From an uncultured bacterium (GTDB taxonomy: Bacteria > Hydrothermota > Tepidihabitantia > Tepidihabitantales > Tepidihabitantaceae), in the NCBI GenBank assembly GCA_964412225.1, contig CAYPNB010000004.1:16170-80169 (forward strand): 64,000 nt of DNA, read 5' to 3'. The position numbers and the translations under genes were made by a program. Shown here in pieces: positions 55,902-64,000 of this stretch (its first letter is position 1; the number at the start of each line of letters is the position of its first letter). The notes beneath the pieces were generated by a model, which was not told the DNA's origin, did not search any database, and saw only the letters and a program-made list of their open reading frames with translations.

Positions 55902-57133
55902 GCTTCGGTTCCTGGTTGAGTTTTACCGGGGGACGGCTTGAGTTGTGTTTTGCGGTTCTGTTCGGTTTAATCGGTTTTCTGGTATTCCTGTATTCGTTGG
56001 CAAGGATACGGGGCAGTGGCGGGCAAATAGCCGAGTATTACATATTTTTATTTATACTTGTAGGGGCTGCTCTGGTGGTGGTTTTTGCCAATGACCTTCT
56101 GGTAATTTTCATGTTCTGGGAACTGGCAACCGTGGCGCTCTGGCGATTGGTGAGCTATTTCCGGGACAAAGACACTTTACTGGCGGGGTCCTGGGCGTTT
56201 TATGTTAATTTCATTGCGGCCGCCTTGATGTTGATAGGTTTGGTTTTAATCCAGTTTGATTATGGAACCTGGAATCTGGCAAGACTTTCCGGGAAGACAA
56301 TTAACCTGCTACCGGCGCTTTTGTTATTAACGGGGATTCTGGCGAAATCGGCAACACTGCCGTTTTATATCTGGTTGCCCAAAGCATATCGTCAGGCACC
56401 GGCGTCGATTTGTGCCCTCCTTTCCGGGGTGGGAGAGAATCTCGGGGTAGTGTTATTCTTTAAAGTTTTTATTGTGGCAATGCTCCCACCGCCGTTGTTT
56501 TTAATTCTTACTGCCACGGTGGCGGTTATCTCCAGTTTTGTAACCGGGGGGGTGGCGTTAAATGCCAAAACCGTGAGGGAGACGCTGGCTTATTCTACAG
56601 TTAGTCAGATGGGGTTTATTTTGCTCGCTTTTGCTGCTGGCGGGTACTACGGTTTAGCTGGTGGGGTTTTGTATGTGATCGCCCACGCAATTGCCAAGGC
56701 GGGGTTGTTTTTCGCTACCGGTTCGATAGAAGAGGTGACCGGTACCGGTGATTTAGATAAAATGGGAGGGCTGGCAGGACGTTTACCGGTTCTGGCTGGA
56801 GCCACTGCGGTGCTGGCGTTATCAATAATGGGATTGCCGCCCACGCTGGGCTTTTTTGCCAAGTTGGGCGTTGTTGTCGCGGCGGTCCAGAAAGATTTGC
56901 TTTTAGGTATTGGTGCGATTGTTACCGCATTGTTCACGGTGCTTTATCTCAGTCGGCTTTATGCGCGGATATTCCTGGGTCAGGGGCAGGGGCAGTACCA
57001 AAATCCAGGTTCTAAAATAGCGGCTGCCCTGGTGGTTGTGATGGCGGTGATTACGGTGGGGACGGGTATTTTATGGTTTGCAATAGTGCGCTTTCTTGAG
57101 ACCGGTGGGGTTATAATTTCCCGGGGGTGGTGA
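55898..57133 (+). CDS. Antiporter-like membrane subunit (NuoN/MrpD family).
   Basis: 411 aa polytopic. Conserved proton-conducting-transporter blocks (WLPKAY...; HMGFILLAF). Confidence 0.7.
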   Translation: MSFGSWLSFTGGRLELCFAVLFGLIGFLVFLYSLARIRGSGGQIAEYYIFLFILVGAALVVVFANDLLVIFMFWELATVALWRLVSYFRDKDTLLAGSWAFYVNFIAAALMLIGLVLIQFDYGTWNLARLSGKTINLLPALLLLTGILAKSATLPFYIWLPKAYRQAPASICALLSGVGENLGVVLFFKVFIVAMLPPPLFLILTATVAVISSFVTGGVALNAKTVRETLAYSTVSQMGFILLAFAAGGYYGLAGGVLYVIAHAIAKAGLFFATGSIEEVTGTGDLDKMGGLAGRLPVLAGATAVLALSIMGLPPTLGFFAKLGVVVAAVQKDLLLGIGAIVTALFTVLYLSRLYARIFLGQGQGQYQNPGSKIAAALVVVMAVITVGTGILWFAIVRFLETGGVIISRGW

Positions 57134-59061
57134 TGTTCGCCCATCCATTTATATTGATAATTATTCTTCCGGCGGCTGCTGGATTGTTGGGGTATCTAAT
57201 TGGCCGGCTGCGCAACGAGTTCAGTTTTATCGGGACGCTGGCGTCACTTTATTATACCATCAGGCTTTTCCTGGTTTCCCGGGGCAATGAGCCGACCTTG
57301 TTGGAGGTGACCAATATTGCCGGTATTCCGATAGGCTTCCGTCTTGACCAGTTGTCGGGATTTATTCTCTTGTTTGTCAGTATCTTTACCCTGCTGATTG
57401 TATTCTACTCTTTCCGTTACATGCGGAATCGTGAGGGAACAAGAGGTTATTATTTATACTGTTTATTGATTCTTGCCTTTGCTAACGGGGTGGTTCTGGC
57501 ATCCAACATAGTAACCCTTTTCTTCTTCTGGGGTGCTCTTCTTCTGGTCCTTTATGGTATTATGCTCATTGGCAAAGGCGAGACATATAAAACTGCCCGT
57601 AAGGCGCTGGTGATTGTCGGGCTTTCTGACTTTGCGATGCTTTTGGGAATCGCAATTTTAGTTATCCGAACGTTTATTCCCGGGGGATGGATTGACCTGG
57701 CGCCGCGGGTTTCAATGCCTTTGTACGACCCCGGGATGATAGCAGCCTTTGCTTTAATTACCGCTGGTGCACTTGCCAAAGCCGGAGCGATGCCCCTGCA
57801 TTCCTGGATTCCTGCTGCGGCGGAGACGGCGCCCGCAACGGTGATGGCATTAATACCGGCCTCATTAGACAAGTTACTGGGTATCTACCTGTTAATTCGC
57901 CTTTCGGTTTATATGTTTGATATCTCCAGCAATATGGTTCTGCGCAATGTCCTGATGGGAATCGGTGCGGCAACAATTCTCTTTGCGGTAATGATGGCAA
58001 TGGTGCAGAAACGGATGATGAAGTTGCTTTCATTCCATGCCGTATCACAGGTTGGTTATATGGTTCTTGGTATCGGAACCGGTGTCCCGGTTGGTATTGC
58101 CGGCGGACTTTTCCATATGATAAACAATGCGGTTTATAAAACCGGGTTGTTTCTTGCCGGCGGTGCGGTTGAGCACTGGGCAAAGACCGATGAGTTGGAG
58201 AAATTGGGTGGCGTGGCAAAGCAGATGCCACTGACTTTTGTTTCCTTCTTTGTCTGTGCCATGGCAATTAGCGGTGTCCCCCCTCTTAATGGATTTTTCT
58301 CCAAGTGGATGGTTTATCAGGGGGTGTTAAGTATCGGTGTGGAAGGCAACCGGCTGTTCCCCGTTTTCTTGATTGCGGCGATGTTTGGCAGTGTTCTCAC
58401 CCTTGCCTCATTTCTGAAGATGCTTTATGCTCTGTTTTTCGGTCAGCGTCCCGCGAACCTTGAACGGGTGCGGGAGGTCAGTATGACAATGTGGTTGCCG
58501 CCGTTTCTGCTTGCGATCACCAGTTTGGTGTTCGGGGTGTTTGCCTATCAGATACTACTGCCAGGGTTGATTGTTCCGGCGTTGAAGTTTTTTGAGTTGA
58601 ATTTGTCCGGGGTTTGGAGCCCGATTCCAGCGACACTTCTCTTGATCGCCGCCCTGGGCTTGGGGGCAATTATCTATCTTGTTGGAACCGCTGCCAAACC
58701 GCTTGTTGGCAGCACATTTGTCGGCGGCGAGCAAATCGGTTATGAAGAAGAAAGCCGGGTGCCCGGGACAGCGTTTTATTCTTCGGTTAAGCGCTTGCCC
58801 ATTGTTGGTGAACTCTTAGTATTTGGGGAACGAGGTGCTTTTGATGTTTATAACTGGTTAATCGGGATTTTCAAGGTAATTGGTGCCGGTCTGCGCGAGG
58901 GCGTTGATCGAGTGCTGGATTCCTTAGCCGACTTTGTTGGTAGATTAGTTTATTACTTTGGATTCGGGTTGTCAAGGATTCATACCGGTAATTTACCCCT
59001 GTATCTGTCTTGGGTGTTTCTGGGGGCGGTGATTTTTTATCTGTTGTTGTTTTTGAGGTGA
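57127..59061 (+). CDS. MrpA/NuoL-like large antiporter subunit.
   Basis: 644 aa, ~18 TM helices. WIPAAAETAPATVMALIPASL and HAVSQVGYMVLGIG. Confidence 0.75.
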   Translation: MVMFAHPFILIIILPAAAGLLGYLIGRLRNEFSFIGTLASLYYTIRLFLVSRGNEPTLLEVTNIAGIPIGFRLDQLSGFILLFVSIFTLLIVFYSFRYMRNREGTRGYYLYCLLILAFANGVVLASNIVTLFFFWGALLLVLYGIMLIGKGETYKTARKALVIVGLSDFAMLLGIAILVIRTFIPGGWIDLAPRVSMPLYDPGMIAAFALITAGALAKAGAMPLHSWIPAAAETAPATVMALIPASLDKLLGIYLLIRLSVYMFDISSNMVLRNVLMGIGAATILFAVMMAMVQKRMMKLLSFHAVSQVGYMVLGIGTGVPVGIAGGLFHMINNAVYKTGLFLAGGAVEHWAKTDELEKLGGVAKQMPLTFVSFFVCAMAISGVPPLNGFFSKWMVYQGVLSIGVEGNRLFPVFLIAAMFGSVLTLASFLKMLYALFFGQRPANLERVREVSMTMWLPPFLLAITSLVFGVFAYQILLPGLIVPALKFFELNLSGVWSPIPATLLLIAALGLGAIIYLVGTAAKPLVGSTFVGGEQIGYEEESRVPGTAFYSSVKRLPIVGELLVFGERGAFDVYNWLIGIFKVIGAGLREGVDRVLDSLADFVGRLVYYFGFGLSRIHTGNLPLYLSWVFLGAVIFYLLLFLR

Positions 59062-59065
59062 ACGA

Positions 59066-59608
59066 ATGGTTGAGCTTTATATACTTTTAGCGGTGATGCT
59101 GGCGGCGGCGTTGGTGGCCAGTGAAACCAGGAACCTATTGGCAGCAGCGGTGGCATTAGGATTGGTCGGGTTCAGTGTGGCGATAATGTTTATTCTGGTT
59201 CAGGCACCGGATCTGGCGATTGTTCAGATTGTTGTTGAAACTTTAACGGTGGTATTTTTTACGGCGGTAATTTTGCGCACGACGCAAATTGACACCACGG
59301 CGGCGGGGTTACGGATGGAGACGGCAATGTTTGTTGCTGCCTTTCTGGCATTTGGCGGATTGTTTCTCTCTTTGATTGTCGGTATTTTGCGAGAGTTGCC
59401 CCGTTTTGGTGAGCCGGCGATGCGTCTGGCAACCGAATATATTCAGTTTGGTTTGGAACGAACCGGGGCGGCGAACATTGTGGCGGCGATAATCCTTGAT
59501 TTCCGCGGTTATGACACCCTGGGTGAGGCAACGGTGCTTTTTACCGCGGTGGTAGGGGTTTTGACAGTGATGCGAATGGTTGGCAAAAAGAAACCAGGAG
59601 AGCGATAG
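59066..59608 (+). CDS. MrpA C-terminal-domain/MbhD-E-like small membrane subunit (DUF4040-like).
   Basis: 180 aa, 4-5 TM helices. Position and pattern match the MrpA C-terminal / MrpB-like module. Confidence 0.55.
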   Translation: MVELYILLAVMLAAALVASETRNLLAAAVALGLVGFSVAIMFILVQAPDLAIVQIVVETLTVVFFTAVILRTTQIDTTAAGLRMETAMFVAAFLAFGGLFLSLIVGILRELPRFGEPAMRLATEYIQFGLERTGAANIVAAIILDFRGYDTLGEATVLFTAVVGVLTVMRMVGKKKPGER

Positions 59609-59609
59609 T

Positions 59610-60050
59610 ATGCGGGGGATGTCGTTGATTGTTCAGGTAATTGCCGGTCTGATGGCGGGAATGCTTTTGCTCTACGGCGGTTATATAATTGTTCACGGTC
59701 ATTTGACGCCCGGTGGCGGGTTTGCTGGTGGCGTGCTGGCGGCGGCGGCATTGATTTTGGTTTCTCTGGCTTTTGGTTCCGTAGAGCAGATAGAAAGGCG
59801 GCGTTATATTATGTCGTCAGTTTTTGAGGGATTTGGTGGGCTGCTCTTTTTGGGTTTGGCGTTCGCGGGGTACTTTTTTGCTGACGCGTTCTTTCGCAAC
59901 AACGGCGTTTTCTTTCTGGGTAAACCTTTGGAATTAATTTCTGGCGGGTTGATTCCCCTCTCCAATATTGCCATTGGGATTAAAGTGGGCGCCGGGTTAT
60001 TTGCTATTTTTCTCGCGCTTGGGGCTTCAAGGTTTGTGATGAAGGAGTAG
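59610..60050 (+). CDS. MrpB/MnhB-like membrane subunit.
   Basis: ATG at 59610 with AGGAGAG RBS; the ORF track starts at the TTG at 59580. HGHLTPGGGFAGGVLAAAA is the MnhB signature. Confidence 0.65.
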   Translation: MRGMSLIVQVIAGLMAGMLLLYGGYIIVHGHLTPGGGFAGGVLAAAALILVSLAFGSVEQIERRRYIMSSVFEGFGGLLFLGLAFAGYFFADAFFRNNGVFFLGKPLELISGGLIPLSNIAIGIKVGAGLFAIFLALGASRFVMKE

Positions 60051-60406
60051 TGATGATTGTATACATCGCCTGTGTCCTTTTATTCCTTATCGGACTCTAT
60101 GTGGTTATATCAAAGCGTAATTTGATAAAGATCACCATCGGTTTCTGTCTGATTGAATATGCGGTCAATCTATTCTTCGCACTGGTCGGTTTTAAACACC
60201 GGGCTTTACCACCGATTATTACTCAAAAGGCTGAGGTGGCGATGGGAGTAAACAGGAATTTTGTTGACCCGGTCCCCCAGGCTTTGGTTTTAACTGCGAT
60301 TGTGATCGGACTTTCTACTACCGCACTGATGCTTTCCCTTGCGCTCCGGCTCTATGAAAAATACAAGACCTTTGATATTTCGGAGATCAGAAAGTTGAAG
60401 GGATAA
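60050..60406 (+). CDS. MrpC/MnhC (NuoK-like) subunit.
   Basis: 118 aa, 3 TM helices. LFLIGLYVVISKRNLIKITIGFCLIEYAVNL is NuoK/MnhC-like. Confidence 0.75.
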   Translation: MMIVYIACVLLFLIGLYVVISKRNLIKITIGFCLIEYAVNLFFALVGFKHRALPPIITQKAEVAMGVNRNFVDPVPQALVLTAIVIGLSTTALMLSLALRLYEKYKTFDISEIRKLKG

Positions 60407-60410
60407 TTAA

Positions 60411-61916
60411 ATGGAAGGCAGATTGTTACCGCTTTTTATCGCTGTGCCGCTGGCAGGGGCGTTTTTAGTGCCGCTGCTTTCCAAGCTGTGGTCACGTTTT
60501 TCCGATATTATCGCGAGTATCGCTAGTGCGGGATTACTCGTCATTTCAATTTACGGCTGGCTTTTTTCCCGGGCAATGGGTTTGCCATTGCAGCATTGGG
60601 TTGGCGGCTGGCGGATTATCGGTATTGCGATGTGGTTTGATGCTCTGACCGCGCTTGTTGTTCTGATTATTAACGTCGTCGGGTTCTGTGCTACTCTTTA
60701 TTCTATTCGCTACCTTGATCGTTATACGACAGGGCGATGGAAATTCTATACATTGCTTTTACTTTTGCTGGCCGGTTTGAACGGTTTGGCGATTTCCGGT
60801 GACCTGTTCAATATCTTCGTCTTTATTGAGATTTCAGCGATTGCCAGTTATGCCCTGGTGGCGTTCGGCACAGAAGAGGAAGAGGTGGAGGCGGCGTTTA
60901 AGTATATGGTTTTGGGTGAGGTGGGGGGTGCTGTTCTTTTGTTTGCTATCGCCCTGCTTTATGCCCGGACTTCTACTTTAAATCTTGGTACGTTAGGCCA
61001 GGCACTTGCGGCAATGGGGAGGACGCCTTTTTATTGGTTTGTAATCGCCACACTTTTGATTGGGTTCGCAATTAAAATGGGGATGGAGCCATTTCACGCC
61101 TGGCTGGCGGATGCCCATTTCTCTGCGCCGGCGCCGATTTCGGCTATGCTTTCCGGTGTTTTCATTAAAGTGACCGGTGTTTATGCAATGTGCCGGCTAA
61201 TGTTCAATGTCTTTGGCGTATCGCGGGCGGAGACGCCGGCTTTCTTTAATCTCTTGATCGCTTTCGGTGCCGTATCAATGGTTTTGGGCGGACTGCTGGC
61301 TTACTCTCAGAGTGATTATAAGCGGCTTTTAGCCTATTCCAGCATCAGCCAGATCGGTTATATTCTGATAGCACTAGGGATCGGTAATTACTGGGGTTTT
61401 GCCGGTGCCCTTTTTCATGTCCTTGCCCACGCCCTGGGTAAGGGGACGCTGTTTTTCGCCAGTGGTTCGGTGGAAATGCAGGCGGGGACCCGGGAACTGG
61501 AAAAACTCAGGGGGTTGGAGCGGACAATGCCTTTTACTTCCTGGGCGCATATTCTGGGGGCGTTTTCTATGGCTGGGGTGCCGCCGTTTGCCGGGTTTTT
61601 CTCTAAATTATTTATTATCATCGGTGCAATTGCCGCCCGGATGTACTGGCTGGCATTTTTGGCAGCGCTGTTTTCGGTGGTAACGCTGAGTTATCTGGTG
61701 AAGGTGGTTAACACGGCATTTTTTGCCCGCAAAGACGAGGAGTTAACACCCGCGAAGGAATCGCCGGCGACAATGGTTTTTGCGATGGCGATTCTGGTGA
61801 TTTTATTGTTGGTTGTTGGTATCGGGTTCCGCGAAGTTCTGGAGCAACTGGTGGGTCCAGCGGTAAAGGTGCTTTTGAACGGCCTGGATTACACCCGGTT
61901 AATGTTAGGGGGGTAA
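60411..61916 (+). CDS. MrpD/NuoM-like antiporter subunit.
   Basis: 501 aa polytopic. FHAWLADAHFSAPAPISAMLSG and SQIGYILIALG. Confidence 0.75.
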   Translation: MEGRLLPLFIAVPLAGAFLVPLLSKLWSRFSDIIASIASAGLLVISIYGWLFSRAMGLPLQHWVGGWRIIGIAMWFDALTALVVLIINVVGFCATLYSIRYLDRYTTGRWKFYTLLLLLLAGLNGLAISGDLFNIFVFIEISAIASYALVAFGTEEEEVEAAFKYMVLGEVGGAVLLFAIALLYARTSTLNLGTLGQALAAMGRTPFYWFVIATLLIGFAIKMGMEPFHAWLADAHFSAPAPISAMLSGVFIKVTGVYAMCRLMFNVFGVSRAETPAFFNLLIAFGAVSMVLGGLLAYSQSDYKRLLAYSSISQIGYILIALGIGNYWGFAGALFHVLAHALGKGTLFFASGSVEMQAGTRELEKLRGLERTMPFTSWAHILGAFSMAGVPPFAGFFSKLFIIIGAIAARMYWLAFLAALFSVVTLSYLVKVVNTAFFARKDEELTPAKESPATMVFAMAILVILLLVVGIGFREVLEQLVGPAVKVLLNGLDYTRLMLGG

Positions 61917-61917
61917 G

Positions 61918-62406
61918 ATGGCACGCCGCACTGCTTACTTTGTTGCCGCATTGCTGGTGTGGTTATTGTTGAGCTGGACGGTTCATTATCAGGAAATTTT
62001 GGTTGGTGTGGTGGTGGCGGTTATCGCAACCGGTATGTTCGGTGGTTATTTACCACTGGAGCCAGTGAAACTATTGAATCCAGTCCGCTGGTTCTGGTTA
62101 CTAGTTTATATTCCGGTTTTTACCTGGGAATGTTTGAAAGCGAATATTGATGTTGCGCTTAGAGTACTTTCGCCGGGATTGAATCTTAAGCCGGGCATTG
62201 TGAAGATAAAAACAAGTCTGAAGACCGATATTGCCAAGGTTTTTCTGGCGAATTCGATTACCATGACGCCGGGGACGATGACCGTCGAAATAAAGGACGA
62301 TACGCTTTACATTCACTGGATTGAAGTAAAAACGGAGGACCCGGAGGAGATGGGGAAAATGATTAAAGGTCCGTTTGAGTTTTTCTTGAAGAGAATATTT
62401 GATTAG
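61918..62406 (+). CDS. MrpE/MnhE-like subunit.
   Basis: 162 aa. Two N-terminal TM helices, then a soluble domain. Its position follows MrpD. Confidence 0.55.
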   Translation: MARRTAYFVAALLVWLLLSWTVHYQEILVGVVVAVIATGMFGGYLPLEPVKLLNPVRWFWLLVYIPVFTWECLKANIDVALRVLSPGLNLKPGIVKIKTSLKTDIAKVFLANSITMTPGTMTVEIKDDTLYIHWIEVKTEDPEEMGKMIKGPFEFFLKRIFD

Positions 62407-62416
62407 GAGAAGATAA

Positions 62417-62668
62417 ATGGTGCCGATTATTGTTTTGGTGCCGGCGGCGTTCTTTTGTCTCTACCGGGCGCTTCAGGGTCCGTCCATTGCCGATCGGGCG
62501 ATCGCAGTTGATATGATGGGAGTTGTATTTTCGGCAATTACCGCTTTGGTGGCGCTGCGCTATCGGCTGAGTTATCTACTGGACATATCCATTGCTTTGG
62601 CGGTTATTTCGTTCATTGGCGCATTGGCACTGGCGAAGTATTTAGAGGGGAGGAGTCTGGATGATTAG
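62417..62668 (+). CDS. MrpF/MnhF-like subunit.
   Basis: 83 aa, 3 TM helices. DRAIAVDMMGVVFSAI pattern. Confidence 0.55.
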   Translation: MVPIIVLVPAAFFCLYRALQGPSIADRAIAVDMMGVVFSAITALVALRYRLSYLLDISIALAVISFIGALALAKYLEGRSLDD

Positions 62669-63014
62669 TGCCTTAGCCCTGATATTTCTCTGGCTCGGGG
62701 TGGTTTTTGTTCTCCTCGGTGCCTTAGGCCTCACCCGCTTTCCGGACATCTACAATCGGCTGCAGGCGGCGACAAAATGTGTTACGCTCGGCGCCTGTGG
62801 AATTATGCTAGGAGTTTTTCTTAAAACCGGTTTCACCGCTCTGGGGGTGAAGGCGTTAATCTGTGCGGTGTTTATCTTGTTGACGGTTCCGGTTTCAAGT
62901 CATGCCCTGGCGCGGGGTTCCTTGATTGCCGGGGTAAAACTCTGGAAGGGAACGGTTAAGGATGAATTTACCCGGGACCGGGGCGGTAAATCGATAATTG
63001 AGGAAGAAAAATGA
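62661..63014 (+). CDS. MrpG/MnhG-like subunit.
   Basis: 117 aa. LGALGLTRFPDIYNRLQAATKCVTLG is the MnhG signature. Confidence 0.7.
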   Translation: MISALALIFLWLGVVFVLLGALGLTRFPDIYNRLQAATKCVTLGACGIMLGVFLKTGFTALGVKALICAVFILLTVPVSSHALARGSLIAGVKLWKGTVKDEFTRDRGGKSIIEEEK

Positions 63015-63622
63015 GGATTCCATTACCAAAGCTGCGTGAACTAGGAGAAGCGATTCGGGCGGTGGTGAAGGGTCCGTTTACGACTAAATTTCCCAAGGCG
63101 GTTGATTCAGTTCATCCCAACTTTCGTGGTATTCTGAAGTTTCGCGAGGAAAACTGTATCTGTTGCGGTGCCTGTGTTCAGGTTTGCCCCACCAATGCAC
63201 GGGAGTTAATAATGGACCGAAAAAAGATGGTGATGCGCAACATTCACTATGCGGAGCGCTGCATCTACTGTGCTCAGTGTGTCAAGGCATGTCCCAACCA
63301 AGCGATTTATCACACCCCGGAATTTGATCTTTCTCGTACCGAACGTGGTGGCTGGGAGACTTCAGTAGAAAAAGAACTTGTTTACTGCGAAGCCTGCGGT
63401 GAACCATTTGCTACCAAAGCCCAGTTGTTATGGATCGCCCAGAAAGTCGGGGACCTGGTCAATGCCAATCCGACCCTTTTGCTCACCTATTATCAACACC
63501 TTGGTGTTGCCGTGCCACAATCGGCACCGGAGACCACTTTACCTTACCGCTCGGGGACGATGCGGGTGCTCTGTCCGGAGTGCCGGCGTCGGGTTTACCT
63601 GAACGAGCAGTGGGGCTATTGA
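63011..63622 (+). CDS. NuoI/MbhN-like 2x[4Fe-4S] ferredoxin subunit.
   Basis: 203 aa. CICCGACVQVCP and CIYCAQCVKACP. Confidence 0.75.
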   Translation: MRIPLPKLRELGEAIRAVVKGPFTTKFPKAVDSVHPNFRGILKFREENCICCGACVQVCPTNARELIMDRKKMVMRNIHYAERCIYCAQCVKACPNQAIYHTPEFDLSRTERGGWETSVEKELVYCEACGEPFATKAQLLWIAQKVGDLVNANPTLLLTYYQHLGVAVPQSAPETTLPYRSGTMRVLCPECRRRVYLNEQWGY

Positions 63623-63662
63623 CTTTATAGCCAAGCCGCGATAGCTTTACTCAGTAATAAGG

Positions 63663-64000
63663 ATGATTAAATTTGAGGAAGTAACGGTTGCCTTTGCCCG
63701 CCGTGTGGCATTAGAAAACGTTTCCTTTGTTCTTAACCGGGGCGAATTTTTGGGCGTCATCGGTCCCAATGGCTCAGGTAAGACAACGTTATTGAAGGCG
63801 ATCATGGGCTTGGTAAGACCGGTTCAGGGCCGGGTAACGGTATCGGTCGTAAGTGGCAAAAATCTCGGTCGGGTGCGGAATAAAATCGGTTATCTTCCCC
63901 AGCGCAAGCCCATTGACCCTGATTTTCCCGCCACCGCATTTGATGTGGTATTAATGGGAGTTTATGCTGGGTTAAGTTTTTGGCAATGGCCTGGAAAAAG
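63663..64000 (+). CDS. ABC transporter ATP-binding protein (metal-uptake ZnuC/MntB-like), 3'-truncated at the window end.
   Basis: ATG at 63663 with AAGGA RBS. Walker A GPNGSGKTT. LPQR...DPDFPATAFDVVLMG is typical of Zn/Mn ABC ATPases. No stop before nt 64000. Confidence 0.7.
   Translation, partial: MIKFEEVTVAFARRVALENVSFVLNRGEFLGVIGPNGSGKTTLLKAIMGLVRPVQGRVTVSVVSGKNLGRVRNKIGYLPQRKPIDPDFPATAFDVVLMGVYAGLSFWQWPGK

Noticed and set aside
1-64000. Search for rRNA, tRNA, CRISPR arrays, IS elements, transposases and integrases.
   Set aside because: No long direct-repeat/spacer arrays. No terminal inverted repeats flanking transposase-like ORFs. No tRNA-like cloverleaf candidates recognised in the intergenic regions. 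Every large ORF had a housekeeping or envelope assignment. I cannot exclude small ncRNAs without covariance-model scans.

Overview
This 64-kb window is a GC-rich (~55-60%) bacterial chromosomal segment. It is densely coded, mostly in co-directional operons with 4-nt start/stop overlaps. Three proteins carry type IX secretion (T9SS) C-terminal sorting domains, which suggests a lineage in the FCB superphylum, such as Bacteroidetes or Fibrobacteres (inference). Contents from start to end:

- A 5'-truncated secreted propeller protein.
- A gingipain-like C25 peptidase.
- A propionate/methylmalonyl-CoA module: carboxyltransferase, methylmalonyl-CoA mutase catalytic subunit and epimerase.
- era, accA and an outer-membrane barrel on the minus strand.
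- A nearly complete dcw cluster (mraZ-rsmH-ftsL-ftsI-murE-mraY-murD-ftsW-murG-murC-murB-ftsA-ftsZ) that conspicuously lacks murF, ddl and ftsQ.
- purF with a PflX-like radical-SAM gene.
- A PlpD-like patatin-Omp85 protein.
- mnmG with a short QueG-like gene.
- An uncharacterised five-gene envelope operon made of two paralogous gene pairs plus an outer-membrane barrel.
- tsaC, a GreA homologue with a ~490-aa N-terminal extension, and a tandem-duplicated ThyX.
- An FG-GAP T9SS cargo protein.
- A roughly 14.7-kb, 19-gene cluster encoding a group-4 [NiFe] hydrogenase core (NuoB/C/D/H-like) with a complete Mrp antiporter module (three large antiporter-like subunits), preceded by sulfhydrogenase beta/gamma-like (AsrA/AsrB-like) subunits, a short molybdopterin-oxidoreductase-family subunit and a HycB-like ferredoxin.
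- A truncated ABC ATPase gene at the window end.

I could not recognise any rRNA, tRNA, CRISPR array or mobile element by eye. The most novel-looking items are the hydrogenase supercomplex gene order, the paralogous-pair envelope operon, and a conserved CCCCGGGG-based palindromic motif that recurs in three divergent promoter regions.
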